From Holophagaceae bacterium (GTDB taxonomy: Bacteria > Acidobacteriota > Holophagae > Holophagales > Holophagaceae), in NCBI GenBank assembly GCA_035758545.1, contig DASTWQ010000073.1, positions 7,274-71,273 of the forward strand: 64,000 nt of DNA, written 5' to 3'. The position numbers were made by a program, and so were the translations under genes. The first letter of the stretch is position 1, and each line of letters starts with the position of its first letter. Positions 12,448 through 22,336 of this stretch are shown here, one piece after another. Below the pieces are notes generated by a model. The model saw only the letters and a list, made by a program, of their open reading frames with translations. It was not told where the DNA came from and searched no databases.

Positions 12448-13654
12448 GCAGGCCCGCCCAGGCCCGGGGATCGTTGGCGTAGCCCGGGAAGACGGTCCCG
12501 AGGTCCCGCAGGCCCAGGTGCTTCGTGAGCGCCTCCCCCAGCAGGGCCCGGTGCTCGAAGGCCACCTTCAGGTCCCGGCCCTCGTTGAGGTCCCCGTCGC
12601 CCAGGCCCTTCCAGGCGTTCAGCACCCGGCCGCCCTTCACGCCGCCGCCGGCGACGAAGGCCGCGGAGCCGTGGCCGTGGTCCGTGCCGCGGGTGCCGTT
12701 CTCCCGGGCGGTGCGGCCGAACTCGGTGAGGGTCACGAGGCAGATCCGGTCCATCCGGTCCGAGAGGTCCGTGAGGAAGGCGCCGAGGCTGTCGCCGAAG
12801 TCCTGGAGCCGCGCCGACAGCTGGCCCTTGGCGGCGCCCTGGGCGACGTGGGTGTCCCAGCCGCCGCAGTCGGTGACGGCGATGCGCAGGCCCAGGTCCG
12901 CCTTGATGAGCTGGGCGATCTGCTGCATGCGCTTGCCGAGGGGGCTGCCGGGATAGTCCGCGCCGGGGGCCGGCGCGATGGACCGCGGATCCCGGGCCTT
13001 GAGGTCCTTCATGGCCTGGAAGGCCTCGTCCCCGGCGCCCCGGAGGCTGCGGTCCAGGGCGGCGGCGTACATGGATTCGAAGCCCCCCGCGGCCGGGCCC
13101 TCCGGCAGCCGGAAATCGTCGAGGCTTCCCAGGGCGAGGGCCGGCACCGGGCCCTGGAGGATGCGGGGCAGGGTGGGCTGAAGAGCCACGGCCTCGAAGG
13201 GGCCGCGGGTCCCCGGCATCGCCGCGAGGGCGCGGTCCAGGCAGCCGTCCTCGGTGCGCTTCACGCCTGGCGTACCGCTCTCCAGGAAATCCTGGGCATC
13301 GAAGTGGGACCGGGTCGGATCCGGCGAGCCGGCGCCCATGACCGGAGCGAGGACTTTGGCGTCGTAGAAGGGCTTCAGCCTCGAAAGCGCGGGATGCAGG
13401 CCGAAGAAGCCGTCCAGGCGCAGGGCCTCGTCCTTCGGGATGGCGAGGGAGGGCCGCAGGTCGTAGTAGCGGGGCTCGCCCACCGGGGGCAGCGCCGAGA
13501 GCGCGTCGCAGGCGCCCCGCTGGATGACGACGACGAGGATCGGGCCCTGGCCCGCCGCCGCGGCGGCGGCCGCGCGCAGCGTCCGGGGCGCGAGGCCCAG
13601 CCCCGCGAAGGCGAGGCCCGAGGCGGAGGCCTGAAGGAAGATCCGGCGTTGCAT
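12416..13654 (-). CDS. DUF1501 domain protein (sulfatase-like fold, Tat signal)
   Basis: MQRRIFLQASASGLAFAGLG is a twin-arginine signal. ...TEFGRTARENGTRGTDHGHG is a typical DUF1501 C-terminal motif. RBS GGAGGTGA. Confidence 0.85.
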   Translation of the reverse strand: MQRRIFLQASASGLAFAGLGLAPRTLRAAAAAAAGQGPILVVVIQRGACDALSALPPVGEPRYYDLRPSLAIPKDEALRLDGFFGLHPALSRLKPFYDAKVLAPVMGAGSPDPTRSHFDAQDFLESGTPGVKRTEDGCLDRALAAMPGTRGPFEAVALQPTLPRILQGPVPALALGSLDDFRLPEGPAAGGFESMYAAALDRSLRGAGDEAFQAMKDLKARDPRSIAPAPGADYPGSPLGKRMQQIAQLIKADLGLRIAVTDCGGWDTHVAQGAAKGQLSARLQDFGDSLGAFLTDLSDRMDRICLVTLTEFGRTARENGTRGTDHGHGSAAFVAGGGVKGGRVLNAWKGLGDGDLNEGRDLKVAFEHRALLGEALTKHLGLRDLGTVFPGYANDPRAWAGLLRASSGSPAA

Positions 13655-13656
13655 GG

Positions 13657-15240
13657 TCACCTCCGCTGGAATTCGGGGCTGCCCAGGAGGAAGCCCAGGA
13701 GCTGAGTGGAATCCACCGGCCGGCGCTCGCCGTCGGCGTAGGTCTGGGGCTGGGCCTCCACGGCCTTCAGCAGCGCTGCGCGGGTGCCGTCCGAGAGGCC
13801 GCCGGGCACCAGCCTCGGCGCCAGGGCCGCCAGGGCCTGGTCCGGCGCGTCCGCGGGCGGCAGCGGCACCTCCGGCCACGTGACGCCGGGCACCTGGCGC
13901 TTCGCCAGCGCGCCGCCGAAGCGCAGGCGCTCCACGAGGGCGCCGGTGCTCACCCAGGCGTCGGCGGTGTCCTTGTAGCCCGTGGGCGGCTGGCAGCGGT
14001 AGAGGGGTTCGCCCATGCGCGCCAGGGTGCGCGTGAGGGGCAGGGGGTCGTCCACGTGGCCGTCCAGGGCGCGGATGGAGGACGCCACGAACTCGAAGGG
14101 CGTCTTCACCTTCGCGCCCGCGGCCGCCTTCGACCAGAACTCGGGGCTCGTGAAGAGGGCCTCGTAGACCGCCCGCAGGTCGCCGCCGGTGCGGAGATAG
14201 GCCTGGGCGACCCGGTCCACCGCCGCCGGCGGCGGCTGGTCCGCGATGAAACGGCGGCAGAGGAGGAAGGCCAGGTGCTTCGCGGTCGCCGGCGAGGCCG
14301 CCAGCAGGTCCAGCACCCGCTCGCCGTCCGCGCGGCCGCCCTCGGCGATGCGCACGCCGAGCACGATCTTGGGGTCGTCGTCGTGGGCCCGCGGGCGGAA
14401 CACCGGCGCCGCGGCGCGCTGGGGCGTCTCCAGGGACCAGCCGGTGAAGCAGCGGGCCACTTCCCGGACATCGGCCTGGGTGTAGCCGCCGTCCACGCCG
14501 AGGGTGTGCAGCTCCATCAGTTCGCGGCCGTAGTTCTCGTTGAGACCCTTGGGGCCCTTGGCCCCGAGCCGCGGTGCCTGGAAGCCGTCCTTCACGCTGA
14601 GCCAGTTGTCCAGGTAGAAGAGCATGGCCGGATGCCAGGCCACGGCCTCCAGCAGGTCCCGGAAGCGGCCGAACACGTGGGGGCGGATGGCGTCCCGCTC
14701 GTAGCTGGGCACGAACCAGCGGTCGAGGCCCTTCGACTCGTCCACGTTGAAGTGGTTGAACCAGAAGTCCACGAGCACTTCCTGGAGCTGGTCGCGGCTC
14801 TCCACGGCGCGCATCAGCTTCTGGCCCGCCTGCTCGTCGGCGATGCGGGCGGGGCGCTGCTCGAAGGGCACCAGCGCCGCCAGCCGCGCCTTGAAGTCCG
14901 GATCGGCGGGATCCAGCCCCTTCGCCTTGGCCACCGCCTGGGGCCGCGGGAAGGCGGCCTGGATCTCGGCGAGGCTCATGGCCTGGGTGGGGAAGGCCTT
15001 CCGGACCGAGGCCTCCAAAGCCGGCTCCGGCGCGGGATGGAGCTGGGCCTGGAGCCAGCCTGCGAGCGCCGTGTCGCCGCCCTTCGCGAGGGCGTCCACC
15101 TCGCCGGGCCTCGGGCCGAAGGTGAGGCGGTCCAGCAGGTGGGCGGCCTTCTCCCGGGCGCTCAGCGGGCTCGGGGGCAGGCCCGGGGTCTGGGCCGCCA
15201 TGGGCGCGGCCACCAGGAGGATCGGCAGGGCGAGGCGCAT
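13657..15240 (-). CDS. DUF1800 domain protein
   Basis: Signal peptide; LLDRLTFGPRPGE and DFWFNHFNV are DUF1800 hallmarks. Its stop lies 2 nt upstream of the DUF1501 start codon. Confidence 0.85.
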   Translation of the reverse strand: MRLALPILLVAAPMAAQTPGLPPSPLSAREKAAHLLDRLTFGPRPGEVDALAKGGDTALAGWLQAQLHPAPEPALEASVRKAFPTQAMSLAEIQAAFPRPQAVAKAKGLDPADPDFKARLAALVPFEQRPARIADEQAGQKLMRAVESRDQLQEVLVDFWFNHFNVDESKGLDRWFVPSYERDAIRPHVFGRFRDLLEAVAWHPAMLFYLDNWLSVKDGFQAPRLGAKGPKGLNENYGRELMELHTLGVDGGYTQADVREVARCFTGWSLETPQRAAAPVFRPRAHDDDPKIVLGVRIAEGGRADGERVLDLLAASPATAKHLAFLLCRRFIADQPPPAAVDRVAQAYLRTGGDLRAVYEALFTSPEFWSKAAAGAKVKTPFEFVASSIRALDGHVDDPLPLTRTLARMGEPLYRCQPPTGYKDTADAWVSTGALVERLRFGGALAKRQVPGVTWPEVPLPPADAPDQALAALAPRLVPGGLSDGTRAALLKAVEAQPQTYADGERRPVDSTQLLGFLLGSPEFQRR

Positions 15241-15299
15241 GGGAAGGGCTCCGGGACCTTAGTGCCCCGGAGCCCTGGAACGGTTGAGCCTGACTTTGC

Positions 15300-16076
<777 letters not shown>

Positions 16077-16109
16077 GGCGCACCTCAAAAGGCCTATCCT
16101 ACCGGACAG

Positions 16110-17696
16110 ATGAGCCCCGGTCCCGACCTCGATCCCCGGCGCCGCCCCTGGTGGGAGGTCCCGGCCGTCGCGGCCCTGGTGCTGGCGGCGGCGAACCTCC
16201 TCCTCTGGCGATGGGCCGAGGGCCGCCGGATCACCAACGAGGAGCACATCTTCCGCGGCCGGGCGGAGCTGCTCGTCCACGACATCCAGACCCGGGTGGA
16301 GAACGACGCCGACGCCCTCCGGGCCCTGCGGGGCTTCGTCCAGGCCCAGGGCACCCCGAGCCCCGCGGGCTGGGAGGCCTTCCTGGGGTCCCTCAACGCC
16401 CGGGACCGCTACCCCGGCATCCGCAGCTTCCAGTTCGACCAGCGGGTGGACGCCGCCGCCCAGGAGGCCTTCGACCGCCGCGCCGTGGAGGAGGGCCGGC
16501 CCCGCATCTGGGACCTCCCGAACGGCCGGGGCGCGGCGCCGAGGACGGCCCCGGTCTACTACCCGATCCTCCTGACGGAACCTCCGGACCCGGCGATCCT
16601 CTCCTTCGACGCCTCCAGCCGTCCGGAGGCCTGGGCCGCCACCCAGGCGGCGGCCGGGGATTCCGGGCGCCTGGCCCTGGGGCCGCCCTTCCAGCCCCTC
16701 CAGTCCCCCGGGGCCAGGCTCCTCCCCATGGCCGCGCCGATCTTCGCGGCCACGCCCCATCCGCCGGATGCGGCGGCCCGCCGGGAGGCCCTCCGGGGCT
16801 TCGTGGTCCTGCTGCTGGATCCGGACGCCATGCTCAAGGACCTCGGCGACGGCGCCCTCCTGGACTACGAGATCCGGGACGGCGAGGCCCTCGTGCACGC
16901 CCGGGGGGGCGCCGCCGGATCCGCCGGGCTGGACCTGGTCCACCACCAGGACCTCGCCATCCATGGCCGCACCTGGACCGTCACCGTGCGCCCCACCGCC
17001 TGGTGGGGGAAGCTGGGCCGGGGGGAGTCCTGGCAGGTGCTGGGTTCGGGCCTGGCCGTGAGCCTGGGCCTGCTCGCGGCCCTGACCGTCCTGGCCCAGG
17101 CCCGAGAACGGGCCCTGGGGCTGGTGGACCGCCGCACCCGGGAGCTGCGGGAGGCCAACCGGGCCCTGCTGGACCTCGCCACCACGGATCCCCTCACGGG
17201 CCTCCTGAACCGGCGGGCCATGGACCTGCGGCTGGCGGAGGAGGAGGCCCGGGCCGCCCGGGAGGGCACAGCCCTGGCGCTGGTCAGCGTGGACGTGGAC
17301 TTCTTCAAGCACGTGAACGACAAGTACGGCCACGCCATGGGGGACGCGGTGCTGCGGGACCTGGGCCGCCTCCTGCGGGAGGCCACCCGCCTCACGGACC
17401 ATGCGGCCCGCATGGGCGGCGAGGAGTTCCTGCTGCTCTGCCCCAACACCGACGCCACCGGGGCGGCGGTGCTCGCGGAGGGCCTGCGGGCGCGGTTCGA
17501 GGCGCTGGTCCACGAGGAGGGCGGCGAGCGCATCCGCGTCACCGCCAGCTTCGGTGTCTCGGCCTCGGAGCCCGGGGCGCCGGTGGAGGCCGCCCGGCTC
17601 CTGCGCCGCTCGGACCGCGCCCTCTACCGCGCCAAGGCCGAGGGCCGGAACCGGGTGGAGGTCTGGGTGCCGCCCGTGGCGCCCGCCGAGGCCTGA
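16110..17696 (+). CDS. CHASE-domain diguanylate cyclase (GGDEF)
   Basis: N-terminal TM, a periplasmic CHASE-like region, a second TM, then DPLTGLLNRR ... RMGGEEFLLL (GGEEF active site). Confidence 0.85.
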   Translation: MSPGPDLDPRRRPWWEVPAVAALVLAAANLLLWRWAEGRRITNEEHIFRGRAELLVHDIQTRVENDADALRALRGFVQAQGTPSPAGWEAFLGSLNARDRYPGIRSFQFDQRVDAAAQEAFDRRAVEEGRPRIWDLPNGRGAAPRTAPVYYPILLTEPPDPAILSFDASSRPEAWAATQAAAGDSGRLALGPPFQPLQSPGARLLPMAAPIFAATPHPPDAAARREALRGFVVLLLDPDAMLKDLGDGALLDYEIRDGEALVHARGGAAGSAGLDLVHHQDLAIHGRTWTVTVRPTAWWGKLGRGESWQVLGSGLAVSLGLLAALTVLAQARERALGLVDRRTRELREANRALLDLATTDPLTGLLNRRAMDLRLAEEEARAAREGTALALVSVDVDFFKHVNDKYGHAMGDAVLRDLGRLLREATRLTDHAARMGGEEFLLLCPNTDATGAAVLAEGLRARFEALVHEEGGERIRVTASFGVSASEPGAPVEAARLLRRSDRALYRAKAEGRNRVEVWVPPVAPAEA

Positions 17697-17697
17697 G

Positions 17698-18411
17698 TCA
17701 GCCCAGGTGCTCGTGGAGGAAGGCCAGGGTGAGGGCCCGGGCCTGGCGGGCCGCGGCGCCGGAGTAGACCTGGGGGCGCATGTCGCAGTTGAAGCCGTGG
17801 TGGGCGTCGGAGATGACCAGCTCCAGGAAGGGCTTCTTCGCGGCGCGGAGGGCCTCGACGAGGACCGGCCGCTGCTCCCAGGTGAGGGTCGCGTCCAGGC
17901 CGCCCCAACAGAAGAGGTGCGGCCCGCTGAGCTTCGGCGCCCGGTCCGCGAAGGTGTGCATCATCCCGCCGTAGTAGCTGGCGGCGCAGGCCAGGGGCAG
18001 CATGGTGTTGGCCAGGTAGGCCATGCGCCCGCCCATGCAGTAGCCGATGGCGCCGAGGCCATTGCCGCCGGCCTGGCGGTCCTGGGCGAACCAGGCGCCG
18101 CAGGCCTTCACATCCGCCTCGATGGTCTCCAGGGTCATGAGGCCCATCTGCGCCTTCACCGCCGGCATGTCGTCGTAGGGGAAGGTGCGGCCCGGCGCCG
18201 TGCGGTGATAGAGCTCCGGGGCCAGGGCCACGAAGCCCTCCGCCGCGAACTTCTCGCAGAGCTCCTGGATGTGCTCGTTGACGCCGAAGGCCTCCTGGAA
18301 GACGAGGAGCCCCGGCGCCTTCGCCCGGCCCTCGGGCCGCGCCAGCCAGGCGCGCATGCGGGTGCCGTCCGCCACCTCGAGTTCGATCCAGCTTCCGTCC
18401 GGCATCTGCAT
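17698..18411 (-). CDS. dienelactone hydrolase family protein
   Basis: GLLVFQEAFGVNEHIQ..., GYCMGG nucleophile elbow, and HGF near the C-terminus. The start at MQMPDG has a GGAGG RBS. Confidence 0.85.
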   Translation of the reverse strand: MQMPDGSWIELEVADGTRMRAWLARPEGRAKAPGLLVFQEAFGVNEHIQELCEKFAAEGFVALAPELYHRTAPGRTFPYDDMPAVKAQMGLMTLETIEADVKACGAWFAQDRQAGGNGLGAIGYCMGGRMAYLANTMLPLACAASYYGGMMHTFADRAPKLSGPHLFCWGGLDATLTWEQRPVLVEALRAAKKPFLELVISDAHHGFNCDMRPQVYSGAAARQARALTLAFLHEHLG

Positions 18412-18439
18412 GGGGCCTCCTGCCAGTAGACTAGTCCCC

Positions 18440-19288
18440 ATGTTCAATGCGCCGCACCCTGAGAGCTACCGGGACGCCCTCCGCGCCTTCCTCCGGGAGG
18501 ACTGGGGCACCCAGGACTGGACCACGGCCTCCGTGCCGGACCGGCCCATGACGGGCCGCATCCGCGCCAAGTCGGACCTGGTGCTGGCGGGCCTGCCGGT
18601 GGCCGCGGAGGTCATGCGGATCGTGGATCCGGCGGTCCGCATCGACCTCCGGGCCCAGGACGGGGACAAGGTCGGGCCCGGCGCAGAGGTCATGGCCTTC
18701 GAGGGCTCCAGCCACGGCATCCTCCTGGCCGAGCGGATGATGCTGAACCTGCTCCAGCGCCTCTCGGGCACGGCCACCCTCACCCGCGCCTTCGTGGACG
18801 CGGTGGCGGGCACGGGCGCCCGGATCCTCGACACCCGCAAGACCACGCCGGGCCTCAAGCTGCTGGAGAAGTACGCCGTGCGCTGCGGCGGCGGCGTGAA
18901 CCACCGGCTGGGCCTCGGCGACGGCGTGCTCCTGAAGGAGAACCACCTCGCCGCCATGGGCGGCATCAAGCCCGCGGTGGAGGCCGCCCGGGCCTCGGCG
19001 CCGAACCTGGTCCGCATCGAGGTGGAGGTGGAGCGCCTGGAGCAGCTGGCGGAGTGCCTAGCCCTGCCCGAGGTGGATGGCGTGCTGCTGGACAACATGG
19101 AGCTGTCCACCCTGGCGGAGGCCGTCCAGATGCGGAACCGCAGCGGCCGGCACCTCTTCCTGGAGGCCAGCGGCAACCTCAGCCTGGAGCGCGCCCGCCC
19201 CGTGGCCGAGACCGGCGTGGACTTCCTCAGCGTCGGCGCCCTCACCCACAGCGCCCCGTCGGCGGACCTGAGCCTGAGGCTGGACTAG
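18440..19288 (+). CDS. nadC: nicotinate-nucleotide pyrophosphorylase (carboxylating)
   Basis: ERMMLNLLQRLSGTAT, DTRKTTPGLK, YAVRCGGGVNHR, and SGNLSLE at the C-terminus. Confidence 0.9.
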   Translation: MFNAPHPESYRDALRAFLREDWGTQDWTTASVPDRPMTGRIRAKSDLVLAGLPVAAEVMRIVDPAVRIDLRAQDGDKVGPGAEVMAFEGSSHGILLAERMMLNLLQRLSGTATLTRAFVDAVAGTGARILDTRKTTPGLKLLEKYAVRCGGGVNHRLGLGDGVLLKENHLAAMGGIKPAVEAARASAPNLVRIEVEVERLEQLAECLALPEVDGVLLDNMELSTLAEAVQMRNRSGRHLFLEASGNLSLERARPVAETGVDFLSVGALTHSAPSADLSLRLD

Positions 19289-19294
19289 GTACTC

Positions 19295-19843
19295 ATGCTT
19301 CGCAGCGATGGCAGGCAGGTGACGCTGAAGCAGGATCGTTTTCACCTGGACCGGGTCTGGAAACGAGAACCGGAGCCTGGAACCGTCCAGTACTACTTCG
19401 GGTGGCGCACATCCGTCGCTCAGGCCCTACGTCTGCTTGAGCCAGATACCGACTTCACTCTTACGGACATCGGAATGTGGGGGGATCTAGGCTGGATCGA
19501 CCTGAAGCGAGTACCAAGCCTCCAGACGGTTGGAGAGGCGCTCGATTGGCTGCTGAGCCATCCGGATCACCATTCGGACCTGGTCAATTTCGATTGCCGG
19601 ATCGCCGGTGAATTTGACCTGTGCAGCCATGATGATGCAGAGGTGACACTGCAAGGACCCGCGGGTGAGTTGATCGAGAGATGGGCGGGTGCTCTGTTCC
19701 TCAGCCGTGGATTTGAAGCCACGATGATGCTGAATCTCATGCAAGAGAATCTCGGGAAGTGCATTGCGATAGAGGCGCCGTCCCAGATCCTAGGGATCTA
19801 CGAGACCCTCGATGAATGCAATGAGGCTCATCCAGAGAAGTAG
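19295..19843 (+). CDS. hypothetical acidic protein in a low-GC patch
   Basis: 182-aa ORF with clearly lower GC than its flanks and no competing antisense ORF. I recognise no family. Confidence 0.55.
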   Translation: MLRSDGRQVTLKQDRFHLDRVWKREPEPGTVQYYFGWRTSVAQALRLLEPDTDFTLTDIGMWGDLGWIDLKRVPSLQTVGEALDWLLSHPDHHSDLVNFDCRIAGEFDLCSHDDAEVTLQGPAGELIERWAGALFLSRGFEATMMLNLMQENLGKCIAIEAPSQILGIYETLDECNEAHPEK

Positions 19844-19918
19844 GACTGGGACCAGCGTGTCTCCGTGGATCTCCGCTCCTCCGCGGCCTCCGCGTAAGTT
19901 GTTTTCGCCCCTGAAGAT

Positions 19919-20347
19919 TTATTTTCCTTCGTCCGCCCGCACCACGAGCACGTCGCAGGGGGCGTGGCGGACCACCCGGGCGGCGGTGCTCCCGAAGAGG
20001 AGGCGGGCCAGGGCCGTGTGGCCCACCTGGGCGACGACGAGGAGGGTGTCCGGGCCGCAGGCGCTGACCAGCTCCTCCGCCGGGGAGCCCCAGACCACCT
20101 TGGTTGCGGCCCCCGGGAGAGCCTTCACCCAGTCCGCCAGCTGCTCCCGGGCCTGCTCCTCCAGGCTCTGGAGCCAGGCGGGGTCCGGCAGGGCGATCTG
20201 GGCCTCGGGCAGGAGGGGCGCCGGGGGCTGCAGCACGTGGAGGGCCGTGAGGGGCACGCCCAGGCGGCTGGCCCAGGCGGCGCCCCGGTCCAGGGCCAGG
20301 CGGCTGGCGGCGGAGAAGTCCACGCCCACGAGGACGGACTGGATCAT
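19919..20347 (-). CDS. universal stress protein (UspA family)
   Basis: MIQSVLVGVDFSAAS ... LLFGSTAARVVRHAPCDVLVV. Confidence 0.85.
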   Translation of the reverse strand: MIQSVLVGVDFSAASRLALDRGAAWASRLGVPLTALHVLQPPAPLLPEAQIALPDPAWLQSLEEQAREQLADWVKALPGAATKVVWGSPAEELVSACGPDTLLVVAQVGHTALARLLFGSTAARVVRHAPCDVLVVRADEGK

Positions 20348-20413
20348 GGCGGCCTCCGGGATGCTGTCCCCCAGGGTAGGCTCCTGGGGGAATGCCGGCA
20401 GGGGCTTGAAAAA

Positions 20414-20427
20414 GGTGTTCAAACACC
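20414..20427. promoter_or_regulatory. 14-bp palindrome in the usp / pirin divergent intergenic region
   Basis: GGTGTT-CA-AACACC is a perfect inverted repeat, nested in TTGAA-N7-TTCAA, 26 nt upstream of the pirin ATG. Confidence 0.3.
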
Positions 20428-20452
20428 CAAACTGGATCCCGGGAGGCTTCCC

Positions 20453-21151
20453 ATGCGCGTCCTTCGCCCCGCCGCCGCGCGCGGCCACTTCGACTTCGGC
20501 TGGCTCGACACCCACCACAGCTTCGCCTTCGGCGAGTACTTCGATCCCGAGCACCTGCAGTTCAGCGACCTCCGGGTCCTCAACGAGGACCGGGTGAAGC
20601 CGGGCAAGGGCTTCGGCACCCACGGCCACCGGGACATGGAGATCCTCACCTGGGTGCTGGAGGGCGCCCTGGAGCACCAGGACTCCCTCGGCAGCCGCGG
20701 CGTCATCCGGCCCCTGCAGGCCCAGGTCATGAGCGCGGGCACCGGCATCCGCCACAGCGAGTTCAACGCCTCGGAGACCGAGCCCGTCCACTTCCTCCAG
20801 ATCTGGATCCTGCCGGAGGCCCAGGGCCTGGCGCCCCGCTACGGCCAGGTGGACTTCCGCCCCGAGGAGTTCGCCGGCCGCTGGCGCCTCATCGCCAGCC
20901 GGGACGGCGCCGACGGCTCCGCGGTGATCCACCAGGACGTCCGCATCCACGCCGCCCGGCTCGCCAAGGACATCGCGCTCCCCCGGGAGCTGGATCCCGC
21001 CCGCCGCTACTGGCTGCAGGTGGCCAAGGGCGCCGTGCAGGCCGATGGCCAGGCCCTGGCCGCCGGTGACGGGCTGGCCATCTCGTCCGAGACCGCCCTC
21101 ACCCTCGTGGCAGACTCCGAGGTGGACGTCCTCCTCTTCGATCTGAGGTGA
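20453..21151 (+). CDS. pirin family protein (short, YhhW-like)
   Basis: GFGTHGHRDMEILTWVLEG...HQDS and AGTGIRHSEFN. RBS GGGAGG. Confidence 0.9.
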   Translation: MRVLRPAAARGHFDFGWLDTHHSFAFGEYFDPEHLQFSDLRVLNEDRVKPGKGFGTHGHRDMEILTWVLEGALEHQDSLGSRGVIRPLQAQVMSAGTGIRHSEFNASETEPVHFLQIWILPEAQGLAPRYGQVDFRPEEFAGRWRLIASRDGADGSAVIHQDVRIHAARLAKDIALPRELDPARRYWLQVAKGAVQADGQALAAGDGLAISSETALTLVADSEVDVLLFDLR

Positions 21152-21155
21152 GCCC

Positions 21156-22004
21156 ATGGCCCCCCGCGCGATCCGCACCCTCGTCACCGGCCGGCCCACC
21201 CAGGACGGCAACGGCGTGCCCCTCACCCGGGTGCTGCCGAACCCCGCCCTGGGCCGGCTGGACCCCTTCCTCATGCTGGACCACTTCGGCCCGCTCACGC
21301 TGCCGCCCGGCAGCGACGCGGGCTTCCCGCCCCATCCCCACAAGGGCTTCATGACCTACACCTACCTGGTGCAGGGCGCCTTCCGCCACCGGGACAGCCG
21401 CGGCGGCCACGGCCTCCTCGCCCCCGGCGGCGCCCAGCTCATGGTGGCGGGCCGCGGCATCGTCCACGAGGAGATGCCCGTGCCCGAACATCTCGAGACC
21501 GGCGGCGCCATCGAAGGCTTCCAGCTCTGGATCAACCTGGCCAAGGCCCACAAGGGCATGGAGCCCGGCTACACGGACCTGCCCGCGGAGGTGCTGGCCT
21601 GGCGGCCCATCCCCGGCGGCCGGCTCAAGGCCCTGGCGGGATCCTGGCTCGGCGAGGCGGATCCCATCTCCGTGCCCACGCCCTTCGCCTACGCCCATGT
21701 GGAGCTGGAGCCCGGCGCCCGCTTCGACCACCCGATCCCCGCGGGCTGGAACGCCGCGGTCTTCGTGCTGGAGGGCGCCGCCTCGATCGCCGGCGGGACC
21801 GCCGGGAAGGACCAGCTCGCGGTGCTCGACACGGAGGGCGACCTCGTCCTGGAGGCGCCCGAGGGCGCCGCCGTCCTCGTCTTCGCGGGCCAGCCCCTGA
21901 ACGAACCCGTCGCCCAGTACGGCCCCTTCGTCATGACCACCGAGGCCGAGCTGGAGCAGGCCTTCCAGGAGTTCCGCCGCGGGGCGATGGGCTCCCTGCA
22001 CTGA
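21156..22004 (+). CDS. pirin family protein (two-domain)
   Basis: GFPPHPHKGFMTYTYLVQG..HRDS and QLWINL. Confidence 0.9.
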   Translation: MAPRAIRTLVTGRPTQDGNGVPLTRVLPNPALGRLDPFLMLDHFGPLTLPPGSDAGFPPHPHKGFMTYTYLVQGAFRHRDSRGGHGLLAPGGAQLMVAGRGIVHEEMPVPEHLETGGAIEGFQLWINLAKAHKGMEPGYTDLPAEVLAWRPIPGGRLKALAGSWLGEADPISVPTPFAYAHVELEPGARFDHPIPAGWNAAVFVLEGAASIAGGTAGKDQLAVLDTEGDLVLEAPEGAAVLVFAGQPLNEPVAQYGPFVMTTEAELEQAFQEFRRGAMGSLH

Positions 22005-22027
22005 CCTTCAGGAAGCCGCGCTTCGGG

Positions 22028-22216
22028 CTACTTCGAACGTGCCCAGACCAGCGCCACGATGGCGCCGCCAAGACACATACCGGTGCCGATGAGATGCACG
22101 AAATCCACCGCTCGAATTTGGGCGAGGGTCGGGCGGGCGAGCATGCTGACAAGGCCTAAGAGACCAAAACCTGCGAGTACGAAGGCGACCCGAAGGGATT
22201 CACGGCGTGAGCTCAT
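22028..22216 (-). CDS. small two-TM hypothetical protein
   Basis: MSSRRESLRVAFVLAGFGLLGLVSML...GTGMCLGGAIVALVWARSK contains two hydrophobic helices. An alternative start at 22276 is possible. Confidence 0.45.
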   Translation of the reverse strand: MSSRRESLRVAFVLAGFGLLGLVSMLARPTLAQIRAVDFVHLIGTGMCLGGAIVALVWARSK

Positions 22217-22336
22217 GGATGAGCACCCCTCAAGCGTGGTGGATGGGAAGTCGGAACGATAGGTGCTGCCTAACACCCGGCATGTAGCCGGCGCCTGCAG
22301 TTTTGCGCGCGTCGGCTACTTGCCAGACATTAGCCG

